Positions 1 through 10,217 of a DNA stretch of 64,000 nt are shown here, piece by piece. The notes beneath the pieces were generated by a model, which ran no database searches, was not told the origin of the DNA, and was given only the letters and a program-made list of their open reading frames with translations. Position numbers and translations under genes: made by a program. The number at the start of each line of letters is the position of its first letter. Position 1 is the stretch's first letter. The DNA comes from Sarea resinae (lineage: Eukaryota), in assembly GCA_026026165.1 (NCBI GenBank), contig JAPEUD010000029.1, positions 124,001 through 188,000 of the forward strand, written 5' to 3'.

Positions 1-412
1 CCTCACAAACACTCAGAAACCAGAAATATTTGGCACAACAGCAGCGTATGTCACGATTTCGTTCCTTTTTTTATAGCGACTGACTTGATATATGCAGATA
101 TGCTGCAGTTCTTGTTGTATTTGTTAGCAGAAACTTTGGGGATCTAGTTGACCATTTTTTTTTTCATTCTTACCTTGCAGTATAGTACCCAAATTCGATT
201 ATGGGCGGATAAGGATGTTTTTCATTCTTAGCGACCTCAAATATCATCTCATCCATACTTGAGGCCTTAGAGCCGTATGGAGAGACCGGACTGAAATGTC
301 TGAAAACATGACTACTGACGCCTGAATATCCACCTAAAAGTGCTTCAGATTTACTACCTCAGCTCCCATCTCCACAGGAAATCTTGAAACATAGATAACC
401 CAGAAAGCCCCC

Positions 413-1543
413 TCAATACGTCGCATTTAACCTCATTGCAATATACTCTTCGCTATTGATGGGATCATACTTTTTCGGTTTCGTCTCACTCCAACATCCA
501 GGGATGCAATCGATGGTGGCATCGCGATTCGCGCCGCAGAAGTAGGGGATCGAATATCGAGGCGCCGTCATTTTCCTTCCAGTCACTTCATCGTTCGTAC
601 CTTCAAAAATTGGCGGCGCCCGAACTCTGTGAAGAGTCGACTTCAGATTGTCGTTGGACCAGCGCATCAGGAAATCTCCAATATTCACGATTATCGCACC
701 GTCCACTGGAGGAGCCGGGACAAAACAGCCCGGAGAACGAGGGTCTTGGACTTCCAAGCCGCCGCACTGATCTTGGACAAGTATCGTCAATGTCCCAAAG
801 TCACTGTGCGCGCCAATTCGCTCCTTCTCGCCTTTGCGTAGGGACTCTTCTTCCACCGACGGATAATGAAGCAGTCTTAGCTGGTTCTGGGCGTCCGTGT
901 GAAAAGGGTCGAAATAATCCTCCTCCAGGCCCATCCCGATAGCGATGGAATGCAAGATGTTGATCTGAGTTTTCCTCGCCGTCCAGTAATAGTCCATGCA
1001 GAAGTCAGCAAAGCCAGGTATCGTCGCTGGGTCTGGCCATATGTTCGGGTAGAGATCATCATCTTCCCGACTGCATTCGAATGATTCCTTGACGTCGGGT
1101 ACCTTTCGCACTTCCGAGATGTTGTCCCTATCGAAGACCATCTGCGACGCCTTTTCTTTTCCGATCCCGCTATAGCCGCGGTGGTAACTGCCAGATGGCG
1201 GATGGGGGCATTTCATCTTCTCTTCCAACGGCAGGTCGAAGAATTTCTTGCTCTACATCCTATCAGCCGCCATCGGCCCTCTTCCCTTCCACCGCTCCGC
1301 CAGCTAAAGCCCGAGCAATCGCTGGAATAGATGCGAAGTGCTGCTTACCCAGTTGAAACATTCATTGACCTTTTCCAATGGAATGCCGTGGTTTACGAGA
1401 TAGACGAAACCCACTTCTCGAAAGGCTGTGTAGATATCATTTGCGGTCTGCTTCTTCTCCGCATGTGACTCCGCATTTAGGAATTTGGAGAAATCAATGA
1501 TCGGGACTGGCGAATCCTTGGGCGAATCGTGAAGCGATCCCAT
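413..1543 (-). CDS. 2-oxoglutarate/Fe(II)-dependent dioxygenase (DIOX_N + 2OG-FeII_Oxy, IPNS/thymine-dioxygenase-like); 2 exons, intron 1253-1348
   Basis: N-terminal VPIIDFSKF...AFREVGFVYLVNHGI; iron ligands HSD and TLHRV; 2OG-binding RYS. GTAAG...TAG intron joins FNW|SKKFFDLP in frame. Confidence 0.9.
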
Positions 1544-1707
1544 CTTTGCGCCATAGACCTGCGGTCGGTGAAGGATGCGCTGGAATCGAGATGCCCTTCT
1601 GTCGAGAGACGTGCGATGTGTGATTGTCGATTCAAGAGTAAGCAGAGAGTAAGCGGATGATGATGATGATGTTGATACCCGCTGTAGCTTATGATGATTG
1701 CCGACCC

Positions 1708-1973
1708 TTATCTTTGGTCTTATCATCTGGTTCGGTATTAATCCTCGTTGACGTGGGACAGACATGCATGCGATACGCAGTTCAGTTCAGCCTGAATGCA
1801 ATGTTAATGCCAGCCAAAGGGTCAATACTCGTATTGCGTGCCCCGATGTTCATCAACTGCCGTGGTATTTTACGATGGGATTCAGACAGCATGTTGCATG
1901 GATCGCCAGGACGTGGGGTACCCGTATGGAGGGCTTTTTATATCGATAATGTCTAGCCATTGACCCTCGATAA
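1708..1973. promoter_or_regulatory. Cluster of GATA sites (AreA/NIT2-type) in the divergent dioxygenase/NCS1 promoter
   Basis: TTATCT 1708, TTATCA 1720, CGATAA 1944 and 1968 within a ~470-bp bidirectional intergenic region. Function is inferred. Confidence 0.35.
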
Positions 1974-2012
1974 TCTCTTTCTCACCCTCAAGATCGTGTC
2001 TCTCTCTACTCA

Positions 2013-3987
2013 ATGGGGCAAGGCAAGAACGGCGCACGCCGAGAGAGATTGGCTTACTGGGCAAAGCGCCTCGAAGTGTGAGTCGTTTGACCTTCGAGTT
2101 TCAAGCATGAACGTTATTAGCACGAGCTTAGCTGATATTGTTTAGCCCTATCGATCCCGATGCCAGATATGTCAACGATGTCTGGTGCAACAGAGACCTG
2201 ATCCCGATTCCAGAAGACCGAAGGACCTGGGGAATATGGGGTTATTGCGGCTACTGGACCGTGTCGGGTTCTTGTGTCTCGGCCTGGACCATAGGAGCCA
2301 CGATGCTTTCATACGGCTTGAATGCTCAACAGGCGATGATATGCGTCACTGTGGGCGGAGTCATAACGGGTCTCCTGGCCGTGTCTTGCGGGTGGATGGG
2401 TGAAGTCCAGCATATCGGCTTCACTGTCTCATCGCGCTTCTCGTACGGTATGAGAGGGTCGTACATCCCGGTTGTTATCCGATGCTTTGTAGCCTGTATG
2501 TGGGCGGGCATGCAGATATACTGTAAGGCTTGCGCCATCCCGCGATCGATCGCCGAGAATGCTCCACTGACATTCCTTTTAGGGGGCGGGCAGGCTATGC
2601 ACGGAATGATTGGTGCAGTGATTCCTGGATTCAATCATGGCCGGCTCAAGGACGAATTTTCGAAAGAGTCCCATCTCGCAGGCAATGATTTCATCGGCTT
2701 CTGGATCGTGCTAATAGCCTTTGTTTTCCTATGCCTCATACCACCGGAGCGCATGCAGATCCCGTTCATATTCAGCTTCGTGGCCTTTGTCGGAACCATG
2801 TTTGGCATGCTTATATGGGCGGTTCACACTAATGGAGGCGCGGGCTCGCTATTCCATTCAAAGGGTACGACTGAAAATGTCGGCTGGGGGATCATGTATG
2901 GAATTACGGCACTGATTGGGAGGTGAGTATTCATCATGACTTGTATCGTAAAGTGCTAATGAGCCTCAGCTGGGGCGCCGGATGCCTTGGACAGAGTGAC
3001 TGGACAAGATATGCCAATCGGCGCGGAGCTCCCACTCTTTCCCAACTGATATTTGCTCCTTTGACCATCACCATCACTGCGCTAATTGGGATCATTGTGA
3101 CCAGCTGCTCTATGGACATCATGAATCTAAACACCATAATCTGGAACCCGATCAATCTTCTACCATTGATACAAGATTTCTACGGTGATTCTCCCGGAGT
3201 TCGCGCCGCCGTGTTTTTCGCGTCCATTGGCCTTGTCTTTTCTCAGTTGGCTATCACTGTGGTTCTGAACTCTGGTAAGAACGCTATCTGCTAGAGTATC
3301 GAAAGATTTTGTCTCATCATTTGACAGTGTCGTGTGGGATGGATATGTCCGGTCTGGCCCCACGGTGGATCAACATTCGACGCGGAAGTTACATAATGAT
3401 AGTGATTGGGATCTGCTGCCAGCCCTGGACTCTTGTTTCGACGGCGAAGCGCTTTCTCAGCGTACTGAGGTAGGTATTGCATCATCTATTGTACGGCCTC
3501 TGCTGAAACAACTAGCGGGTTCGGCATTTTTATCGCTCCTATGACTGGCGTTATGCTTGCCGACTATCTCGTCGTTCGAAAGCGACGACTCCGTCTCTGC
3601 GATCTCTACCGAGGGGATTCTTCATCGATATACTGGTATTCGAAAGGATTCAACTGGCGCGGCTTCGTCGCTTTTGGTACGGGTGTATGGCCACTCTTCC
3701 CCGGCATGGTTGCATCCGCAGGGGGCTACAAGATCGCGGATGGTTGGCTCAAGATCTTTAACTTGACCTTCATCCTTGGGATTGCCATTTCGTTCTGTTC
3801 GACATTGGCCATCAATTACATCAGCCCGCCGCCAGGACTTGGTGAAGAGGCGCCCTTCTATATTAACAGCGAAGATGGCGAGGTTGAGAAAGTCGATGAT
3901 GCGTCTAATATCGTTTCAGATGGCGATATAGAAAAAGTTGCCGTGCCCGAAATCTCGTCGTATCAACCGACCCCAGATGGCTCGTGA
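2013..3987 (+). CDS. NCS1 family nucleobase/nucleoside:cation symporter (Fur4/Dal4-like); 6 exons
   Basis: MGQGKNG...LEV|PIDP..WCNRDLIPIP; RRTW; HIGFTVSSRFSYGMRG; QSDWTRYA; MLADYLVVRK; YWYSKGFNWRG. Introns start at about 2078, 2523, 2923, 3275 and 3471. Confidence 0.92.
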
Positions 3988-5173
3988 GCAACCTGCCGCC
4001 TGAGTAAATCTTCGCTTGGACGAAGAACGAGTCAAATACAGTGGGAGGGGTTTCTCAGGAAGCTAATGACGGTTGCGATTCAGCATGATCCCATCTCAAC
4101 ACTGGGTTCTATAATCTATATTCAATAAAGTCACTGCGTTTTCTTGGGAAGAACATGTCGTGAGCCCGCAACCATCTGGGTTCTTGAAATCAAAAGTCGA
4201 TGATATCAAAAGATATCTGATGAATCCACCGAGCGCGAATCCCTTTCCAAGCTTGGACGTTGAATGTATGTTCCCCCAGAGGGAATCATGCTATGATCAG
4301 ACTCTTTCGTGGAAGCGGGCCACTATGAATAAAGTAAGTGAGCTACAAGTAGTGGCCGCTTGCTTTGCTCTAATCTGGGGTGCTATCACAAACACCGTCG
4401 ATTAGCTCCCGCCGCCTAAGCCGGAGTAGTCGGGTACCCGTTCCAGCTACCTAAGGTACCTAACCTTCCCAGGTTGTTCGATGATCTACCAAGTACTGGC
4501 CGTGCTTTCCCTCTTTCAGCAGCGATCCATGGATTCAGGTTAGCCACCCAGATGATAAACAACACGAATGCTTTTCTCTTCCATGGGAGACATTCCATAT
4601 TCCTTTCGATCCTCAGCTGCGGATCGAACGAAGATCTTTCCGTGAGCCAGTGAACCAGCATGGTGAGATGATACAACCACCTTCCTCGGGCGGCGACCAG
4701 CCATGTCGGACCGATCAGATTCGCCGGACTTCATAGCTACCATTCACTCGATTCACCAGCGGAAGGTCCTTCTGGACAGGGATCAAGCAGCCCTCGAGTC
4801 GATTCGTAGTCAATTGCGATCTTCCTCGTTGACGATGCTCCGCACGCCATCGCTCGCCTCCGACTATCTCGACAGCCAGATTGCAAGCCGAGAGGCCGAC
4901 TTAGAATACGTGGAAAGCTTTTGATCAGCTCTACGTCACGCGTACGACGATGACATATTTCCAGAAGCCGAATACGATGCCGTTCAAGAGGAGCTCAGAA
5001 ACAAGTCAGACCGAGCAACATCGGAGCTACGAGTGCCAAAACGACAGCGACGAACGATCGAACAAGACATCTCCGATCAGTTTACGAGCGAATCTCTACC
5101 ATCCTATGAGGACCTCGAAGAGGCCTTCAGCGAAACGATGGCGACGGAGATAGATGCTTTGAGCACCAAACAG

Positions 5174-5260
5174 AAGAAGAAGAAGAAGAAGAAGAAGAAG
5201 AAGAAGAAGAAGAAGAAGAAGAAGAAGAAGAAGAAGAAGAAGAAGAAGAAGAAGAAGAAG
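5174..5260 (+). repeat. (AAG)29 microsatellite, in frame as poly-Lys in the pseudogene
   Basis: Uninterrupted 87-nt AAG run read directly. Confidence 0.97.
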
Positions 5261-5774
5261 CCATTTGATCAAAAACGATTCCGGAGGTCGGTGATGAAGT
5301 ACTATGAGGCGATGAGTGCGGACAAGGAGCAGGCATATTGCCACCTCACAGGATGGACAGACGCGATGTTTGTAAAGGCTGCTGATCTTGTTCCGAAAGC
5401 AATAGATGTGCAGAGTCTGCCTCATCTCTTTGGCGACGATTGTACTCTGCTCCAGGATCCCCGAAACGGTAAGGATTCGTTGATATGTGCCACAACATGC
5501 AAGAGTAGCCGACAAGGCTTCACGCTTAATACTCCTCAATACTATCGAGGGAGCCATCGACCAAGAAAAAGTGGTGATAGTCCCGATCAAGACACCAGAA
5601 GGTCAGCCTTCTCGCTGAAAATGCTTGGTGCTGGAGCACGGAATAAGAGACAAAATGTACGGTTCCGGAGTTGATTGGAAGGACCTGGACGGGAAGGAGC
5701 TCCAATTTCGGTCCTCGAATCGTCCGGCTTGCCGATACATGTATTTTCGCCACGCTATTGCTTTCCTCGGGTGG

Positions 5775-5890
5775 TGTGAGGTGCGCTGCTATATATTACC
5801 TAGGCAAATAGGCATAACCCGGATGAGCCGGGTTATAGTAGTCTTTTCGGCGTATGTAGGAACAGGTTTGCCTATTTACTGGACCTTACA
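5775..5890. mobile_element. Short solo-LTR-like element (116 bp) with 5-bp target-site duplication GGTGG
   Basis: Starts TGTGAGGT and ends ACCTTACA (7/8 inverted repeat, TG...CA termini). GGTGG at 5770-5774 and 5891-5895. Removing the element and one TSD restores the host frame. Confidence 0.8.
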
Positions 5891-6738
5891 GGTGGAAAAC
5901 AAAAACTCATCAAGGCCCAGCTGAGAAACTGGAACATGTTTGGGCCTCGCCAGGGCCGTCCGTACCTACAGAAGTCGGCCTTGCTCACACTAGCCCGCAA
6001 AATCTCCGATTACTACCTTCCCGAAGCTTTTTACCGCCACACCACGTTTGAAGATGATGTTAACGAAGCCGGAAGCGCCGTTTCAATGGCAAAGCTGGAT
6101 GACATGTTAGCAGAGGACCTTGCCACTTCGATCCAGACTGACTTTCATCTCAAAATAGAGCCGAGCTAGTGCTTGCAAGCACCCTGTCGAGGATCTTAGG
6201 TGTATTGATTCATTCTATAGAGTCCGCAATAAATATACCTTAAATGTTTCGTTATACTATGCTTCAATCGTTTTGCTGCAGCCTGCCACGTTTACAAGCT
6301 AAATAGCGACAACTCAAGGAGCAATGGCATTGATTTGCTGTTAACTGTAGTCTTCTTTTAGAGTAGAGGCCACATGACGTGCAGCATCAGAGCCAACTTC
6401 TTATGCATACAAGAGAAGTGAGGGTATACACAGCATCAGAGTAATACACAGGTCAAACATGATACCCTCTAAATGACAGCCCGATCAGATAAACAAATAC
6501 CCTGCCTACCTACCTAGGTACCTAGTATCTGGGGACTTACTTCGTACTAGGATTAGGTAAGGTAAAGTAAGGAGGTAGGTACCTAGGTAGGGCTCCATAC
6601 ATGTGGCGGGCTGTACCTCGTACCAAACATTGCGTCAGAGGCCATTACCCGGTGCTCTCTATCATCCAACTGATATTGCGCCGACGCCGGACTCATGATA
6701 ATTGAAAACCGGTGGTATTGCGAGTGTGACTTGGCGCC

Positions 6739-8069
6739 ATGTCTACGACCAAAGAAAAGGTATGTCATGTTGCTGATTCTGGATGCCAATATGCGTGGGA
6801 CGTAACTGACATCAGTAGCCAAGTGCATTGCGCTCCATCATTGCAGGTTCTACGGCCGGTGCCGTTGAGATAGGTATGTTCCTATAGCAGCAATTGCAGA
6901 ATCGTGTCTAATCTGAAGCAGCAATAACCTATCCCGCTGAATGTAAGCCTACTGTGGGCAATCAATCCGATGTTTTGGCTTTGCCTAATGGAATACGATT
7001 ACAGTCGCCAAGACTAGAACTCAGCTCAATCGACGACTAGCCGATGGCAAAAAAGTGCCATGGCCTCCATTCGGTCGAGCTTGGTATGCGGGCTGTACGA
7101 CGCTGATCATTGGCAACTCTCTGAAAGCTGGGATACGTGAGCTAAATACTAGACACGGCGATTCTTTACTATTCTCTGACTAGGACGTGTCAGGTTTCGT
7201 GGCATTCGACACCTACAAGTCTTTCTTGCAAGACGAGGACGGAAAGATATCAGGGCCTAGGACGGTTATGGCAGGTTTTGGCGCCGGAGTGACTGAATCA
7301 CTGCTTGCAGTAACGCCATTCGAAAGTATCAAGACAACGCTGTAAGGCAGATCTATTTCAGGAACCCCTGTCCGACCTGTGGCTGACGGGCTTCTTCCGC
7401 AGCATTGATGACCGCAAATCGGGGAACCCTCGAATGAGAGGTTTCTTACACGGCACGAAAATCATTGCGCAAGAAAGGGGGATACGTGGGTTCTTCCAAG
7501 GGTTTGTTCCTACTACAGCACGACAAGCTGCGAATTCTGCAACGAGATTCGGAAGCTATACTACGCTTAAGCAACTTGCGCAAGGCTACGTTGCGCCTGG
7601 CGAGAAACTGGGGACAATGAGCACATTTGCTATTGGAGGCATGGCTGGGCTGATCACGGTGTAAGTTGGCCATTGAACAGAGGGGCGAGGCGTGACTGAC
7701 AGTAAATCCTGATTTTAGATATGTGACGCAACCGCTGGACACGATTAAGACACGGTGGGATCATTCTCCAGCACCGCGAAGCTGGAGAGAATTATGCTAA
7801 CGAATGACTAGGATGCAATCGATCGAGGCAAGGAAGGAGTACAAGAACAGCTTTGTTTGTGCCGCCAGAATCTTCCGGGACGAAGGCGTCTTGACCTTCT
7901 GGTCTGGCGCATTACCGCGATTAGCAAGGCTGATCCTCAGCGGGGGGATTGTCTTTACCATGTCAGTCCCTTTTCGATTCAAATGCTATGGCGTAGTGCT
8001 GACTTGGCCAGGTACGAGAAAACGATGGAGGGACTGGATACGCTAGATCCGGAGCGAAAATATATATAG
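6739..8069 (+). CDS. CTP1: Mitochondrial citrate (tricarboxylate) carrier; about 9 exons
   Basis: Spliced PSALRSIIAGSTAGAVEIAITYPAEFAKTRTQL; carrier signatures PFESIKT and QPLDTIKTRMQ; FWSGALPRLARL. Confidence 0.9.
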
Positions 8070-8748
8070 TTTGATGGTTCTCTGCGGCGAGCGTACGTTT
8101 TAGGGCAACACTGCTGTGAACTGGGATTGAGGCACAATGTCTATCGGGAGGCGCAAGCAAGCAATAACGGAATGACAGCGACTACTGGAATTTATCAGGA
8201 GTCTCATCATTCTAAGCTTTTGTATCCACACATCGCTCCTATGAAATGTGAATTTGCCAGGGATTACCCAAATTACCTTTTATGGCAATCAGGGCAGCCA
8301 CCCGTGGACATGCCTGTGGCGTTGCCGCACATGGTATGAAGGAGGTACTCTGGTACCTTATGAGGTCAACGGGTATCAACACCGCTGACGTCTACAGACC
8401 TCACGAGACTCGGGATGCTCCTTCTAGCAGCTACCCCACCACAGATAGGCAGTCTTTGATCACCGTCAACCCTATTAATTGTACGCACGATATTTTCTTC
8501 TGAATCCGTCAAGCTTTGCTTGGCTTCGAAACTTGCAATTCATGAAGACATCAATGCAAATGCTAGTGTTCTCCATTTCCCTTCACACTCATACAGACAA
8601 CCTCTAGTTTGCGCTCACCATTCTCCTCACGCAGGAGCTCCTCCTGAGAGCTGCTGATGTAGTAATCGCCATTGTGTGTCTCAATATTATTTTTGGGAAC
8701 TTCGCTCGCACCTCCGAGGACAAGCAGTCTTCAAGCAGAAGCATCAGC

Positions 8749-9668
8749 ATGGCCTGGAGATCGAGCGGATCATCTAATGCCACCCTGATCAAAAACCTGG
8801 CTGAAAACGGCTTGATAACGTCTGATCGAGTGCGGCAAGCCATGATGAAAGTGCGAGTTCAGCCCCTTCCTTCTTCAGTTCGATGAAAGACACAGCACAA
8901 AAGCTGAGAGTTGCATTGCTGATCCGGTGCTCTCGGATACGCAGGTCGATCGTGCCCACTACGCCCCAGCCCTGCCCTACCAAGACTCCCCTCAGAGCAT
9001 AGGGTACTCCGCCACCATATCCGCTCCACATATGCACGCATCGGCTGCCGAATCTGTCCTGCCGTTCCTGCATCCAAATGCTCGTGTTCTAGATATCGGA
9101 GCCGGCTCAGGCTATCTCACCCACGTATTAGCGGAACTGGTAGCTCCAGGTGGCACCGTCATCGGTGTTGATCACATCCAAGAATTGGTGGACATGGCTA
9201 AGGATAATATGGAAAAGAGTGATGAAGGGATAGGATTGCTGCAGTCGAAGAGGGTCCAGTTCGTGAAGGCAGATGGGAGGCAAGGATATCCGCCCGGAGG
9301 TCCATATGATGCCATCCATGTTGGGGCGGCGGCTGCGGAACACCATCAAACGCTTGTGGATCAGCTGAAGGCACCAGGAAGGTAGGCAATTTGAGATGTC
9401 CTATGAACGCGCAGCCTGTTTCTTTACCACGCGGGACTTGCACTTCTTCTCTCATATTGCTGAGTCTTGCTGCTTTTCTAGAATGTTCATCCCAATCAAG
9501 TCGGACAGCAGGCTAATGCAGTGGATCAGGCTGTTTGTCCCAGTCGAAGAAAGTCCCTCTTTACAGCATATCTGGATCATCGATAAGCTCGAGGATGGAA
9601 CCGTGAAGAGGAAGAAGGAATACGGCGTGCAGTATGTGCCGCTTACGGATGAGCCAGGCAAATATTGA
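8749..9668 (+). CDS. PCMT1: Protein-L-isoaspartate(D-aspartate) O-methyltransferase; 3 exons
   Basis: MAWRSSGSSN; YQDSPQSIGYSATISAPHMHA; SAM motif VLDIGAGSGY; PYDAIHVGAAA; VQYVPLTD. Confidence 0.93.
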
Positions 9669-10059
9669 GCTGAGTGCTACTTGATGAGGATGGAGTTAGT
9701 GCGGGGCGTTAGGGGGCCAAGAATGCCAGAATCATCGTTCCCTTTAGGATGCTGTTGCGTCGGTGACATGTACTTTGTAGTAGTGCTATAATCCTCCGTA
9801 ATAATTGAGGAGGTATTAAAGCAGAGTTCAGCAGCTCAATGCGAATGAATAGTGAGGCTTGATCACCTGTGTCCGTTTCTGTTGCTGTTATCGTCAGGTC
9901 ACACAATCGCCATCTGGACTGTGAGCCCGGGAGCCTCGAAATGTCGCGTTCCATCGTTCTATCGCACTCAAGATAGCGGTAGAAGTCACTCACGGCGCAA
10001 TTTTGGCTGAGAGATACCTGCTTCGATATACGTGATATGTGCGTAGCGTGCCTCGCTTG

Positions 10060-10065
10060 ACGCGT
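10060..10065. promoter_or_regulatory. MCB-like element (ACGCGT) upstream of SMC6
   Basis: ACGCGT about 155 bp before the ATG. MBF control of repair/replication genes is established in fungi, but a single 6-mer is weak evidence. Confidence 0.3.
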
Positions 10066-10217
10066 CGTCCTCGAGTTGTCCCCCAAAGCGTCTGTGCGTC
10101 CAAGGCAGAATCAATATCATTCACTTTTTTGGCTGCTCGCATCCATCCTCGGTAGATCAAGTTGCGCATGTCATTGAGCCGTCAGCCGGCCGTCATTCTG
10201 TGACGCTGTCGGCGAGC

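Larger units (their letters stand above)
4703..6169 (+). pseudogene. Decayed fungal HNH-endonuclease-like gene
   Basis: Motifs AYCHLTGW..VKAA(D)LVPK, DPRNG, TIEGAIDQEKVVIVP, W(K)DLDGKELQF..NRPACRYMYFR, WASPG(P)YLQKSALLTLAR. Lesions: in-frame TGA 4922-4924 and 5616-5618, frameshift near 5525-5540, 116-bp insertion 5775-5890, CCGT duplication 5956-5963. Confidence 0.75.

Noticed and set aside
4922..5618. In-frame TGA codons as selenocysteine, readthrough or A-to-I editing sites
   Set aside because: The same gene also has frameshifts and a TE insertion, so simple pseudogenisation is sufficient.
5800..5860. Hairpin plus CTAG as a Helitron 3' end, or a 5S rRNA/ribozyme fragment
   Set aside because: CTAG is not followed by T, only about 7 nt resemble 5S and there is no hammerhead core. 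The TG...CA termini plus TSD explain the segment better.
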